DNA of 63,463 nt, counting the filler, from Folioceros fuciformis (taxonomy: Eukaryota): NCBI GenBank assembly GCA_049999805.1. It is 14 parts of 14 records of this genome, joined end to end, with 100 filler letters (N's around TTAATTAATTAA, not from the genome) between each part and the next. Parts side by side here need not be neighbours in the genome. Positions count along the whole stretch, not along the records: positions 4,428 to 12,283 come from JBNGIO010001981.1; positions 12,384 to 17,204 come from JBNGIO010001982.1; positions 17,305 to 23,803 come from JBNGIO010001983.1; positions 23,904 to 28,511 come from JBNGIO010001984.1; 10 more parts are not named here. One strand, 5' to 3'. Positions 11,678-24,204 of this stretch are shown here, in pieces (within the stretch, counting starts at the first letter, position 1; each line of letters begins with the position of its first letter). The translations under genes were made by a program, and so were the position numbers. The notes beneath the pieces are model-generated. The model worked only from the letters and a program-made list of their open reading frames with translations. It was not told the DNA's origin and searched no databases.

Positions 11678-12283
11678 TTATCTAACGATGTTATCAAGGG
11701 GCTTGACGATAGGTGCGAACGATTTGGTTGGTGCATGGAATTTCAATCCTTTGTCATAAATATTTGGTCTAATACTTTTGTTTCCCCAACACCTCCATTT
11801 TCTGACTGGTTTCTTTTGCTTGACTAGAGGAGGGTAAGGAAGCAGACCGCCAGGTGCGATTTTGGAACTTGCCCTTTCTAGTAACTCATCAGCTTGAGAC
11901 TCTGTAAATTCAATCCAATGACGACACGGAATTCTGTAAAGTAAATATAGCTTTCTCATTTGCCAGTATTGAATTGGAGGGCCATCCAGAGGTTCTTTGT
12001 ATTCTAACAATCTATTGTAAGCTGCTTCTCTTGTTAGACTTGCTTCATCTATTTCTTCTCCCATGTTCAATAAGAACATTTTACAACATCCCGTTGCTGG
12101 CCACTTGGACTCGTTTGCATTCCTAAAGACAAGCAACTTTGCCTTCCCAGTTTCTATCATTTCATCATAAGTACTCTTTAAAAGCCCATCTAGATAAATG
12201 TCTGGATCATAACCCAAATTATCAAGGGTTAGCATTTGGACAATATTTAGTTTAAAAGGGATTGGAGGTTCCTCAATAATCAC
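11678..12283 (-). CDS. AT-rich orphan ORF, at least 201 aa, 5'-truncated by contig end
   Basis: Uninterrupted frame with globular-protein-like composition running into the gap; convergent with RecG. No family recognised. Confidence 0.45.
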   Translation of the reverse strand: MIIEEPPIPFKLNIVQMLTLDNLGYDPDIYLDGLLKSTYDEMIETGKAKLLVFRNANESKWPATGCCKMFLLNMGEEIDEASLTREAAYNRLLEYKEPLDGPPIQYWQMRKLYLLYRIPCRHWIEFTESQADELLERASSKIAPGGLLPYPPLVKQKKPVRKWRCWGNKSIRPNIYDKGLKFHAPTKSFAPIVKPLDNIVR

Positions 12284-12383
12284 NNNNNNNNNNNNNNNNN
12301 NNNNNNNNNNNNNNNNNNNNNNNNNNNTTAATTAATTAANNNNNNNNNNNNNNNNNNNNNNNNNNNNNNNNNNNNNNNNNNNN

Positions 12384-15300
12384 AAACGTCAAGGCAACTG
12401 CAACTGGTGCGGATTGCCTGGTCACTGGGCTGGTGAATGTCGCAAAACAAAAGTGGGCAAACCTCAAAGGGTAGCACCTCGCCCAGCAACTGCAAATTCA
12501 GCAACCCAACAAAATAAAGATAAGCATACAGTGGATTTCTCAACACCAAATTCAGGCAAGCCAGTTGTAAACATTCTAACTATCTGTCTAAATACTCTAG
12601 CGAATGAGGTTGACAGTTGGTACCTGGACAGTGGGGCAACAGCGCACATCTATCAGGATGAGTCTCTCTTCACTTGCCTAATTTTTTCTTCTGTTCCAGA
12701 CAAAGTCTACCTTGGTGATAAGAGTAGTGCCACTAGTCTAAGTATCTTAGGGTCTAGAACCTGCAAGTTCCTGTTGCATGATGACTCTGAGTTAGTGCTT
12801 CCAGATGTCTTATATGTCCCAAAGATGGTGAAGAACTTGATGTCCTTGAGCAAACTCATGAAAATGAAAAGTTTAGTACTTACTGTGTCAGAGATTGTAT
12901 GTTGCTTCTCCAGACGTAGTGCTCTTGACATCTGCATCTTTAAGGCCTTCCTGGAGTCAGAATTGTATCGCCTAGACATATCTTGCACACGTCGAGAGCA
13001 AGTCTGTTCAACAACTAATGGCAGCCTAACAGCTACCCAGATGGCCAGGCTATGGCATGCATGCCTTGGCCATGCTAACAAGACTAAACTCTTGGCATCA
13101 TCTAGACAAGACTGTTACATGGAGCCGTTACCTTCATGTTTTAAGGAGCTCCCCACATGCAAGATTTGCATTTTGTCAAAACAACGTGAAGCTTCATTTC
13201 CTCGCACACCTGCTCACAGAATGACAGCAGTCCTGGATTTAGTGCATTCAGACTTTTTTGGATGATTGCAAGTTCCTTCCTTGGGTGGAGCAAAATATTA
13301 TCTCACCTTTACGAATGACTTCAGTCGATATACTTGAACGTATCCTATGCAAAGCAAAAGCGATACGTTTACTCTTTTTCAAGAGTGGCTGCTTCTGGTT
13401 CAGAGGCAGACTGGTCGTCTCCTCAAGGTTTTCATATCTGACAATGGCGGTGAATTTGTCAGTAATGTATTCACACAATTCTTGGAAGACAAAGGCATCA
13501 TACATCAACTTATTGTCCCTTACACTCAACAACAGAATGGTGTAGCGAAGAGAAAGAACCAAACATTGATGGGCATGACCAGATCCATGCTGTTGTGGTC
13601 TGGGCTCTCTTCTCCACACTGGGCGGAAGCTGTGGTTACAGCAGCCTATATCTTAAACCAACTTACCACTAAGGCTCTGCCCAACAAGGCCCCGTATGAA
13701 TTCTTCTGGAATCGGAAGCCAAGTATTTCACATCTTCATGTCTTTGGCTCCAAGGCCTTTGCATATGTGCCTACAGAGAAGCAACGAAAGTTAGATGATC
13801 GGGCTCTTCCCCTACTTTTCGTCGTTTATAGTGAAGTAATCAAAGCTTATAAGCTCATTAATCCTAAGACTATGCAGCCCACAGTTTCTAGGAGTGTTAC
13901 TTTCATTGAAATATTGAATCCAGTTTTTGAGAATGGCAATTTACTTGGACACTCTACAGATCTTCTGTATGCTGAGGACTTTGCTGAATATCCAGGTGAT
14001 GCAGATGGTGATGACGATCCTGACGACCCAGGTGTTCTTCCTCTTCCAGCATCCCCTTTGGCACTTGCAGGCCAGCAACTTGTTTCTCTTCCTCCTGTCA
14101 ATGCAAATCCAGATTACGACCTAGATCCAAATCCTGAAGAACAAGCCATTTATGAACAAACTGTAGGTGATCATGAGTTACCTAACCAAAATGTTGATGT
14201 AGGTCTAGAAGATTCAAGTGAGCAAAGTTCCGTAGCTTCTTCTCCTGACTCTAAAGATAACCCTGATCTTATTCTTGCTCCAGTACAACCTGTTCGTCGT
14301 TCAGATCGTATTAGGAACCCTAGTTCAGAGTGGAAAGGAGCCCCCTATGAGTCTATGGATTTTTTTAGGTCAGAGGGCGTTTGCTTACCTTTAGTCCAAG
14401 TTGCAGTCTCCTCCATTCCTCTAGAACCTGTCACACTTACTGAAGCATTCATTGGTCCTAACAAATCCAAATGGAAGATCGCGGTGGATGATGAGTTCAA
14501 AATTCTCATTCAGAATGGTACCTGGGAGCTTGCTCCTCATCCAGCAGGCCGCAGACCCATCACCTGCAAGTGGGTCTTCAAACATAAGCTCAATGCTGCT
14601 GGGAAGATAGCTAGATACAAGGCACGTTGGTGTGCCCATGGATTTACACAAATTCTAGGGTTAGACTTCCAAGAAACTTTCTCTCCAGTAGTCTGCTCTC
14701 AATCCATTCGCCTAATGTTGGCCCTTGCTGCTGAACGTGACTTAGAGCTGGAGCAGATGGATGTGAAGACAGCCTTCTTGCATGGTATTCTAGAAGAAGA
14801 GTTGTACATGGAACAGCTAGAAGGCTACGAGGATCCTGCACATCCAGACTGGGTTTGTAAGCTCATTAAGTGCATTTATGGACTTAAACAAAGTGCAGAA
14901 TGTTGGAATGCCATGTTAGATACTTGCCTAAAGTCCCTTGGTTTTAAGCAAAGTCCTGCGGATCCCTCGGTGTACGTCTATGATGATGGAAAAGCCTATG
15001 TCTTGCTGGCTATATATGTTGATGACACCATTTTTGCTTCCAACGATAAGCCACTGTTAGCAAGAGTTCAAGGCATGCTCCCCAAGAAATTCGAAATGAC
15101 AGATGTTGGAGAACTGAAATTTTGTTTGGGAATCCAAGTCCTTCAAGTTCGTGAGCAAGGCATGATTATTATCCATCAGCATAAGTACATATATGAGATT
15201 TTACAGCAATTCCATATGGCCACTACACATCCTGCTGCTGTTGGAACACGACTCAGCAAGAATGATTGCCCTACCTCAACTCTTAATAAGGCGGATATGA

Positions 15301-15847
15301 CGGATGTACCTTATAGGCATGCCGTTGGCAGCCTTCTATTTGTCAGCAACTGGACGAGGCCAGATATCACATATGCCGTCAACAACGCTTCTCAGTTTCT
15401 GGAATGTCCCAGACGTAGCCACTGGACGGCAATTAAACACATTTTCAGATATTTGAGAGGTTCTCCTTACCTTGGCTTGTGTTACAAGCGGATTGGTTTA
15501 GCTCCTACCTTACAGGGTTTTGCAGACACCGACTGGGCCTCTGACTCAAATTCCCGTAGGAGCATATCTGCTTATGTCTTCTTATTATCATCTACTACCA
15601 TTAGCTAGTCCTACAAGAAACAGACAAGCATAGCTCAATCCAGTACAGAAGCAGAATACAAGTGTTTGACAGAATCAGCAAAAGAGGTTGAGTGGGAAAG
15701 AGTTTTTCTCTTGTCTATCCATGCTCAACAGCTTAAGCCAACCATCCTCTTCTGTAACAATGCATCTGCCCTAGAGCTTGTCGAGCGTCCTTGTTTCCAC
15801 GCTTGAGCCAAACACATAGAAATACAACACCATTACTTTAGGGATGT
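12384..15847 (+). mobile_element. Degraded Ty1/copia retrotransposon (gag knuckle, PR, INT, RT, RNaseH)
   Basis: CNWCGLPGHWAGEC, WYLDSGATAH, LWHACLGH, SDNGGEF, QQNGVAKRKN, IYVDD, FADTDWA, KHIEIQHHY. Frameshift near 13260 and stops at ~13335 and 15606; interrupted at 15848 by an LTR. Confidence 0.96.
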
Positions 15848-17204
15848 TGTGGGGGAAAATATTGCACCCGGGGGTGTTGCGAGGTCCACACAAACCCTCT
15901 TTGTCCTTATAGCACTGGGATTCGATCCCAAGGGAATGATTTGTGTCAAATAACACAGGTTTTCTCACAAAGTCAGTTACTACCCAAGGTCAGTCTTTAC
16001 TTACCTGCCACTCGCCGACCTGTCGATCAACTACCTCTAACCTCCGTCGCGACTCGGCTTCCTCCGTCGCGACTCAGCTACCTCGACCCCGGGCTACCTG
16101 ACAAACCTACTCGGCTATCGGGGTGGGTCCCTTCAACTACCGACTCTTGGCTACCCTGGGGACACTTCGACTACCTCCGCTCTTGACTACCTCAGTTGCC
16201 ATTCCACAACGGTCGCGGTTTCTACTATCTCAGTGGACCCCACACTTTCTCTCCCTAACTCTGGGCGACTTACCCCCCTGGATTACTCTGACCTACACGA
16301 TGTTCCGGGGTTCCACACTATCCCAGCACTCATGACTACACAGCCTCACCCTGTGCATCAGCACTCACTCGCACCATCGTCGGTTTTCATTAGAGGCTCC
16401 TCTCACAGATGCGCGCTCACCCCCCAGCTGCGATCAGGCACTACGTCCCTCTCACACGTTGCCGCACTTGCCCCCATAGCTCACACCATTACCCTCGCTC
16501 TCTCCCGCTCACAGTCCACAACTCACGACCTGCCATCGCCCCGGTTTACACACACAACATTCGTCGGAAACCCACTCCAGTCACCACACGCACTCACATA
16601 CCCACTCAGGATCCACACCCCCCTCTCGGATTCTCTCCACGGTCACACAGTCCTCTTGTCCAGACACCACAGCCCTCTCCTCACTCACACACTGCAGTCA
16701 AGAACCTTAGGTTGGGCCAGCCACAACCCACTCATGCCTCACCTCCACACATTGTTCACACATACACACAAACTCACCTTCGATCCTCAGGCACACACCC
16801 ATGCCCGCACGGTACCCTCGCGGTTACTCAGTCACTCAATGGCTCACACCCCGAACTCAACACGATTCTCCTAGCCGGACACTTACTACCGCCAAACACA
16901 ATGATTTCACCGACCCCTCCGCACACACTATCCCTCCGTGTGCACCCCTAGACCAGCCGCGGCCCAAAACTCAGGCCCTCCACTCGCTGGATTCACCTTT
17001 CCGTCGCCCACCACAGCGACCTCCTCGTTAACACACTCAAATTCCAAACAACACTCTTAACCTTGCTCTCCCATTTCATGCACTTACTGTCCCGTTCCCT
17101 CTCAGCTCGCGCACACTTCCTTCTCTCGGCATTTCTTCTCACTCACAGCCTCAGTTCCCAATCAGGCGCCTCCACTAGCATTTCTTCGGCTATCGGGGTC
17201 GGGG
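15848..17204 (-). mobile_element. Gypsy-type LTR inserted into the copia RNaseH region
   Basis: Begins TGTGGGGGAAAATATTGCACCC, closely matching 1548 onward, followed by C-rich low-complexity LTR body. Orientation inferred from the related LTR in 37133-38739. Confidence 0.7.
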
Positions 17205-17749
17205 NNNNNNNNNNNNNNNNNNNNNNNNNNNNNNNNNNNNNNNNNNNNTTAATTAATTAANNNNNNNNNNNNNNNNNNNNNNNNNNNNNNNNNNNNNNNN
17301 NNNNGTATTTTAGTTGTGTATCATTTTGGGTAGGTATAGACTTTAGAGTTTAAAGCTTTGGTGATATTTCTTTATTACTTATTATTGGACTTTTAAAGTT
17401 GTTGTTTTGCCCTCTTTGTGTTTCTGCCATTTTGTTCTTGTTCTTTCTCTGAAGCTTGAGTTCCCTTGCATAAAGCCACATCAATCCTAGGAGAAACGAG
17501 ATACATATTCACAAAGTACCTAAAATACTATTCTAGAAATGATTATGTAAATATGAAATTTAATCAAAACTTTGTTGGAACATGTCATGTTCAACTATCT
17601 TCCCATAGATATATTTCCTTATTATCGAAGAGTAATCATAGGAAAAAAATAAATCAAAACAAAAAAGAAAAGAAGTTCTCAAAGAATAATGTTGTAGGAA
17701 CCAAATTACTACCACTTGGTAGAATGACTTCAAACAAGCAAGGCTATAC

Positions 17750-20700
17750 TTAATCATCACCAGATATTGTTTCATTCGGGTCATCTTTTTTCCAAACAAA
17801 AAATCTATCTAAAGGATTATCCTTCTTCTTTTGGTAATCTAACTTTTTTTGATCATCCTCTACAACTTGCCTAGTATGTGAATCCTTGTTGTTACTTTTT
17901 TGTTGAACATCTCTATGTGGCTTTCCAACTACATCAGGAGCCTCTTCTAATATCTTTTTTACAGTCTCTGGTGACATTTTATTGGTAACTTTTATCGGAT
18001 GGGGTTGAGAATGAGTCACCGGATGCTCTACTAACTCGTCTAAATTTGTTTCATCTGTTTGTTCAATTACAGTTGTCTTGGAAGGGAAGGATTTTTCACT
18101 CTCCCATATAGCATAATCAGCTCCTGAAGCTACCATTTTCCAAGTAGCATCAGGAAGCAATGCTCCCATATCCATTCTACAAAACAAAAAACATACAATT
18201 AATTATGAGCCAAGTAGGAGACTTTAAATAGTATCAACATGATTTAAACATGAAGATCATTACCGCGGACCCATCTTAATAATCACCCGGTCATCAATAG
18301 TGGCAACATAAATGTCGGCTTCAGCTATGTTTATAACAAGCTTACTATTTGCATTTATACAGTTGCGTTTTCTTACAGCTATCAATTCCGATATTGTCTC
18401 CTTACCTTTTGGCCAATCAAAAAAATGATCATAAAACTGCACATAAATTTAAGGTATAAGAATATAACGTAAAGGTTTCCACATCTATAATTAAATATAT
18501 TCAAATTTGTATACACCAATTCAAATTATTTACCACACACGGAATTCCAGGGTGCGTAATAATATATGCATAACCTTGAAAAACTTTATCATTAGGGAAA
18601 ACCCAATGACATTGAGTTGAGCCAGTATCATGGTTGTCCACAAAGGTAACAGCCCTTTGGGGATACCATCCTAAAATCCATAATAGAATTATGTACCATA
18701 ATAAAACCATTTTTATGCGAATTCATGTTGGAACAAAGCATGAATCAAAGTAATTATCTATTGATGTGCATAACACACATTGATTAAAGAATGTACCTAA
18801 TAGCCCAGGAGCTTTTCCTTGTACGTCCTTCAAACGCCATAACTCTCCTTGCACTGCTGTTTGTAAAACTCCTTTTGTAGTGAAATCAAATACCGCAGAA
18901 CAACCTCCAGTGCCATCAATCCAATCACACAGAAGTTGCCGATGGCTATCTAAACAAATGTGATACATGTACAAAAGTTAAATATTTAAGAAATTTGTGG
19001 TGCAAGCTTCATGGGCTTCAAATTCGACTTTTCTGAGTACCTTACTTTGATCCAAAGCAAGAACAGATCCATCATAATGCAAAGATGTCCAAAACTCTCC
19101 AACAGCAAAAACAGGATTCGTCCTTTCGCAATAGCTGCAAAAAAATGAAATTTTGTTTGGCACTAGTTTGTCATGTGTGTAGGATATCTTACCATCTTCT
19201 CAATTTTTGGTGATCAAAACTTTTACTCACAACTGTAATAGTTCTTACATGCCAGTGTATTTTGGTGCATATCCCTTCACAAAATCAAATCTCCATCCAT
19301 CAAAGCCTACTTCTGCTTTTAACCAATTTAACCAATCGGTTAGCTCATCTTGAACTCTCTTGTTTGTGTGATCTAAATCAGGGGCAGCACCATAGCTTTC
19401 GCCTGAATCATGCTTTCCCTTGCCTCCACTGTTGTATGTGTCATTATCCACAACAGCCCAAGGGCCCCAAGCAAGTCGTTTATCTAATGTCCCTCCCTCA
19501 TACACATTCCAATGACCTGTGGCGTCTTGTTTAGAGCCACTTCTATGATTCACTACAATGTCGGCAATGGAGAACAACCCAAATTCATGGAGTTTATCAT
19601 TTAGCTCCTTCAACATTATCTCAGTGCCATAAGATGATGCATCTAAATTATAAAGTTGGCTTGGAAGATATCCTGATACACAAAAGAAAAGAGGTCCTTC
19701 ATTAATGTATGTATCTTTGATTGTGAGATTCATGAGAATATGAAGCCTATACGAATACACAAAAATGGGAAGCCCCCTTTACAACCCTTCTACTTATCTC
19801 CCACTTCGCCTAGAAGGTCGACTGTGATATACCTATTTGTTTTCTTCTTAACCTAATCATCCCAAGTATTAGTTGTATTAGGATTTGTTGTAACTTACTC
19901 ATTGATTTCAATCATTACCATGTTTATCCACTGATTGTGAACAAGGGGGAAGCCAAACATCTGTAAATCCAGCTTCTGCAATTTCCTCAACTTTGGTAGC
20001 AATGTGTTTCCACCATGGTTTTTTAGCTTGTGACTCCCAATTGAAAGCCTGAGAGAGATTTGGAGAAGGAGAAAACCTCATACACATGTTGGTAATTAAT
20101 AGTTTATTAATTTATTTAAAAAAATACTTTTTAATAATATAGTATTGAATAATAACCTGAAGCATGATGTTAAAATGTGGCTCGATAAGTTTTGGCCTTC
20201 CTGGCCTTGTCTTGCCTCTATGCACTTCAGGGATGACTGGTGGCGGCTTATGAAAGTTAACACCTTGATGTGGGGTGCTAGAATTTTTGTCATTAGTGCC
20301 CTTCTTGTTTTGTTCTTGAGAATCATTTCCCTTTTGGGATATCTCATTTTTTGTTTTTACTCTTTCTTGCAATATTTTTATTAAATTTGATTTGGATGAA
20401 GACACAGTCCCATGATTTTCTTGTGCAAGGGTGACAATTGAATCGAGTCTTGGAGGAAGAGACTGTGATGTTGAATGTTTTTGAGGAGGTCCTAACTCAC
20501 TTGATTTTGTGCCTTCAAGTTGTAAGAGATGATCATTTCTGTCACTAGGGTCTCTTTTGCTTGCTAAACATGTCCTACTAGTTTGAGTGCTACAATGATT
20601 TCTATCAGTATCACATGGAACTAGGTCTTGTATATTTGCACATTCCTTTGCATCAAGATCTCTTTGATTAGATAGAATTTCCTTAAATTTCTCTTCATGC

Positions 20701-21251
20701 TTGTGTTTTTCGTTACAAAGATTTTGTGTTGCTTCTATGCACTTTATTAATTGTGCAGATGCCAATGGTTTTGATGCAACACATGTTGTTTGAGTGTCAA
20801 GATGTTTGGATTCCTCGGACAATAATTGATGCTTGAAAAACGAAATCCTTTCAGTGGTGATGTGATGCAGTCCTTTGCATTTCTTTTTCAACTTTGTCCA
20901 GATAGACTCCTTGTATGTATCTGCAGTTGCCTCACAAAGTTTTGTTGTTGTGATCACTTCAATATAACCTAAACCGACGGATGGATCATCCTTTCTTTCT
21001 CTCCCAACATGAGCTGCCAAGTTTTGCTTTATCCGCTTTTGCTCGTTCCAATAGAGGTTTTTGAGTAGTGGATCACAATCAATAGCACACAAACATACTC
21101 CAAGCTTGGTGCAATCACTTTTCAAACTTAAGGGCAGAAACGACTTCTTGTATGAGATGCAAGAGGTGGAAGCTTCATATGAAGCATAACGCTTTTCATG
21201 GCTGTATCTCAAGTCATGGATGATCACTAATGGTGAATGAGCTAGACTCAT
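17750..21251 (-). CDS. Alpha-amylase (GH13, AMY1-like core) with long N- and C-terminal extensions
   Basis: Exons ~21251-20157, 20048-19919, 19672-19249, 19134-19046, 18949-18797, 18670-18534, 18436-18264, 18176-17750 splice in frame. Motifs [57 protein letters not shown] and GADYAIWE; catalytic D/E/D intact. Confidence 0.93.
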
Positions 21252-21567
21252 TGCTGGCGGAGCTTCATCTTTTGTGTCTCATGCAAAACCATTCTCTCTC
21301 ATTTTCAGCATCCTTGAAGAAAGATTGCTACATAAACATATACCACCTCATATCCAGATGCTTTCCTCCTGCGAGCGCTATCTTACACGTAGGACAAACA
21401 TGCTCTCCCACACGTTGGCCACACCTGCCACAGCCTCCTGAACTCACCTGACACGTTCCAAGGCGGATTCGATCCCTGTGCTCCCTTCCAATCAGAAGTC
21501 GAACTCAGGTTGCGAGCCAGAGAATAGGCTATCCGCATAACCGCTACGCTACCACCCGTTCGAGGGT

Positions 21568-21730
21568 TTTTCTTATCCTGGTCTCACTTTTCGGTAAAGT
21601 CCAAAAACCTGGATAAAGCGAAGCTGTTCTTGTCCCGGCATCACTCACTTTTCGGTGAAGTCCAAAAAATTGGATAAGGCGATGCCTTTCTTATCCCAGT
21701 CGTGAAGTCCAAAAAAAAACATGAAGCGAC
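21568..21730. repeat. Two to three degenerate ~61-bp direct repeats
   Basis: ctcacttttcggt(a/g)aagtccaaaaa..tggataa.gcga at 21583 and 21644; partial third copy near 21702. Confidence 0.75.
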
Positions 21731-23903
21731 GCCCCGGCGCTGCGTTACTGTGCGCATATCCCCGCACCTGGACAGGTGCAGGTGCGTCAGGAGCCTTCCT
21801 CACCTGGATTTGTAGCGAGTGAAGCCGAAAAAGCTATGCCTTGACAGTGCTGACACACACAAACGTGTTCAACACGAGCGGCCAAAATGAGAAAAGTGCG
21901 ACGCTGTGCTGTGCTTGCATCATGTCAGAGTGGCATCCAGGGTGAGCAGGGCAGTGATGAAGGAGGTTCGCCACGCTTTTTTGGTGGGGTATGTCAGCCT
22001 GTGACTGACAGTGAGAGAAAGGGGAACAAACAGACTAAATGTGTGATCCTGGGACTGTGTGGTTGAAGGATCGTTTTCACTTCAACACCACAAGTCCTGC
22101 GCATTTTGTATTCACAGTCAGTCCAGGCTAGTACTGTATGTCTTACAAAGTTCGAGGTTTGAAGATAATGGAGCTGAGAGAATAGGTGTTGATAAGAACC
22201 GAAAGTCGAGCAAGGTGAGGTGAATCGGGAGAAACAGAGTTGCGTATCACAATCAGTCTAGCAAGAGTATGATGCTGGTGCCAGGCGCTGAAGTGTTAAA
22301 CTTCTGCACCTCGTGCAATGCCAATTACTGACGCCAGGGCTTGATAATGCGCGAAGCAAAACATCTCCGCGCAGTCGAGATAGTTGAGAAAGACATTGAT
22401 AAGGTCATGCTGTGAAGATTTGAGAATCCTTCTGAGGCATGCCTCGACATCTACAGGACACTAGTCACTGAGCTTCTTCTCCCATGCCCTGCTGGGAATA
22501 CCCTACAATCTTGGCATTCCACACCACCCGCATCCTTTTGGCCAAGTTCGCCGAATGCAGTCTAAGCATCTTGTAGTCTGCCAAACTTTGCATACATGCT
22601 TGCCAACACTTGGCATACATGTTTGCCAAACAAACTGTTGGCTACAAACGCATCCAGCAAAGTTCAGGTTTCTGGTCATGTCACATAGACTATAGGGTGG
22701 GTAGTTCTCGACATGTAGGTGACAGGAAACAGTCCACTCCGGAATACCAGGCCTGTAATCCCTTGGTAGCTTGGACACTGTTAGTCTGGCCTTGAACAGC
22801 TGAGGTCTCTCCAGTAAGAGAACTACTCTAGGGCAACGCTTGATCGGGGACATCTGTTTCGGCGAATTTTCTAGGAGTTATGCGAGGCATATGTGTCAGC
22901 CCTCTCTCCAACTTTTCATCGCATGAGCTTGCATCGGGCACTCCAACTCGTGTAAGCGTGGCACATCTGCGGTCATTTCTCGTCAGGTGGCAGGTGTGCA
23001 CTCCAGCTACCATCGCGGCAGGCCTTGGTAGAATTTCATCCATTTCAGGCAAGTAAAAGAGTTGCTGAGCCGATTTGCTTTCAGGGAGTCCTGGAATTCG
23101 GGCCATTGTTGCTGCGGTTGATTTGATTCGTCGTTCCCATCCAGACGAATTGTTGCGCCAACTGACTTCCTTGTCACGATTCCATGCAATCTAGGCAAGT
23201 GTTACTTCCACATCAAGAATCTACTCCGGACACTAACGTTGACACTTCGCGACACCGATGTTGACACTTGAACCCACCTTGCCACTCCGCAACACCACGT
23301 AACACTTAAAGCCCAACAGCAGTGAAGAGGAGAAACCCTTAAAAAACAACCCACGACAACCCTAATTCAGAGGTGACCCAATATCATGGTGACACGCTGC
23401 TCCATATGACTACTGGGGAGGGGAGGAAGGAGGAAGACGGGAGGAAAGCACCATTGGAGTTCTGTAGCAGAAAACACAGCAATCGTGCAGAGTTTTCGCC
23501 ACATTGTCAATAAAGCTGCGTCCTGTCAACAAAGATTAAGCCGGCAAGAAGACAAACAACATGATGAGCTTCCTGACCCATGCTCTGCTACAAACAACAT
23601 ATCCCGCTACCAGAGCCATCCACGGCAAATAAAATAGACCACGTCAGGAAAAAAAACCGCTTACGCCAATGAGCATGCACCTACGACCTCGAGACCTCGA
23701 GAACGCTGCACCCCTCACGAAACTCTAAACCTGCCCCCTTCACAGAGCCTGCAGGATATGAATGGGGCCTCTTACACGTCATTCCTATCCTGCAGGCCTG
23801 CCANNNNNNNNNNNNNNNNNNNNNNNNNNNNNNNNNNNNNNNNNNNNTTAATTAATTAANNNNNNNNNNNNNNNNNNNNNNNNNNNNNNNNNNNNNNNNN
23901 NNN

Positions 23904-24204
23904 ATCCAGGCGGTAGGGGCAATGCTAGCTGTGATGCATGGCATCGCTTACAATCTCAGCTCTGATACCATACAAATTTGGAGAGACATTTGCTTGAGAG
24001 AAAACATTCATACGTACATACAAGGTCTTATGGTTTTTATATGCCATATGCTATGGCAGTTAGGTTTTTAATAATTGTGTCTTTTCACACTAAGCTAAAT
24101 AGCCCTAGCTACAACTTATTCAACCTAGCTTAGTTATTTAATGATTGACGCTAGACTATATCTAAGCTTCACTTTGCATACACCAGAAGAAAAGTGTCAC
24201 AACA
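23904..24204 (-). mobile_element. 5' LTR (~234 bp) and tRNA-iMet PBS of a second copia element, inserted antisense
   Basis: GCTCTGATACCA at 23959-23970 is the reverse complement of PBS TGGTATCAGAGC. The minus-strand LTR begins TGTTG at 24204, directly abutting the interrupted gag at 24205. Confidence 0.8.
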
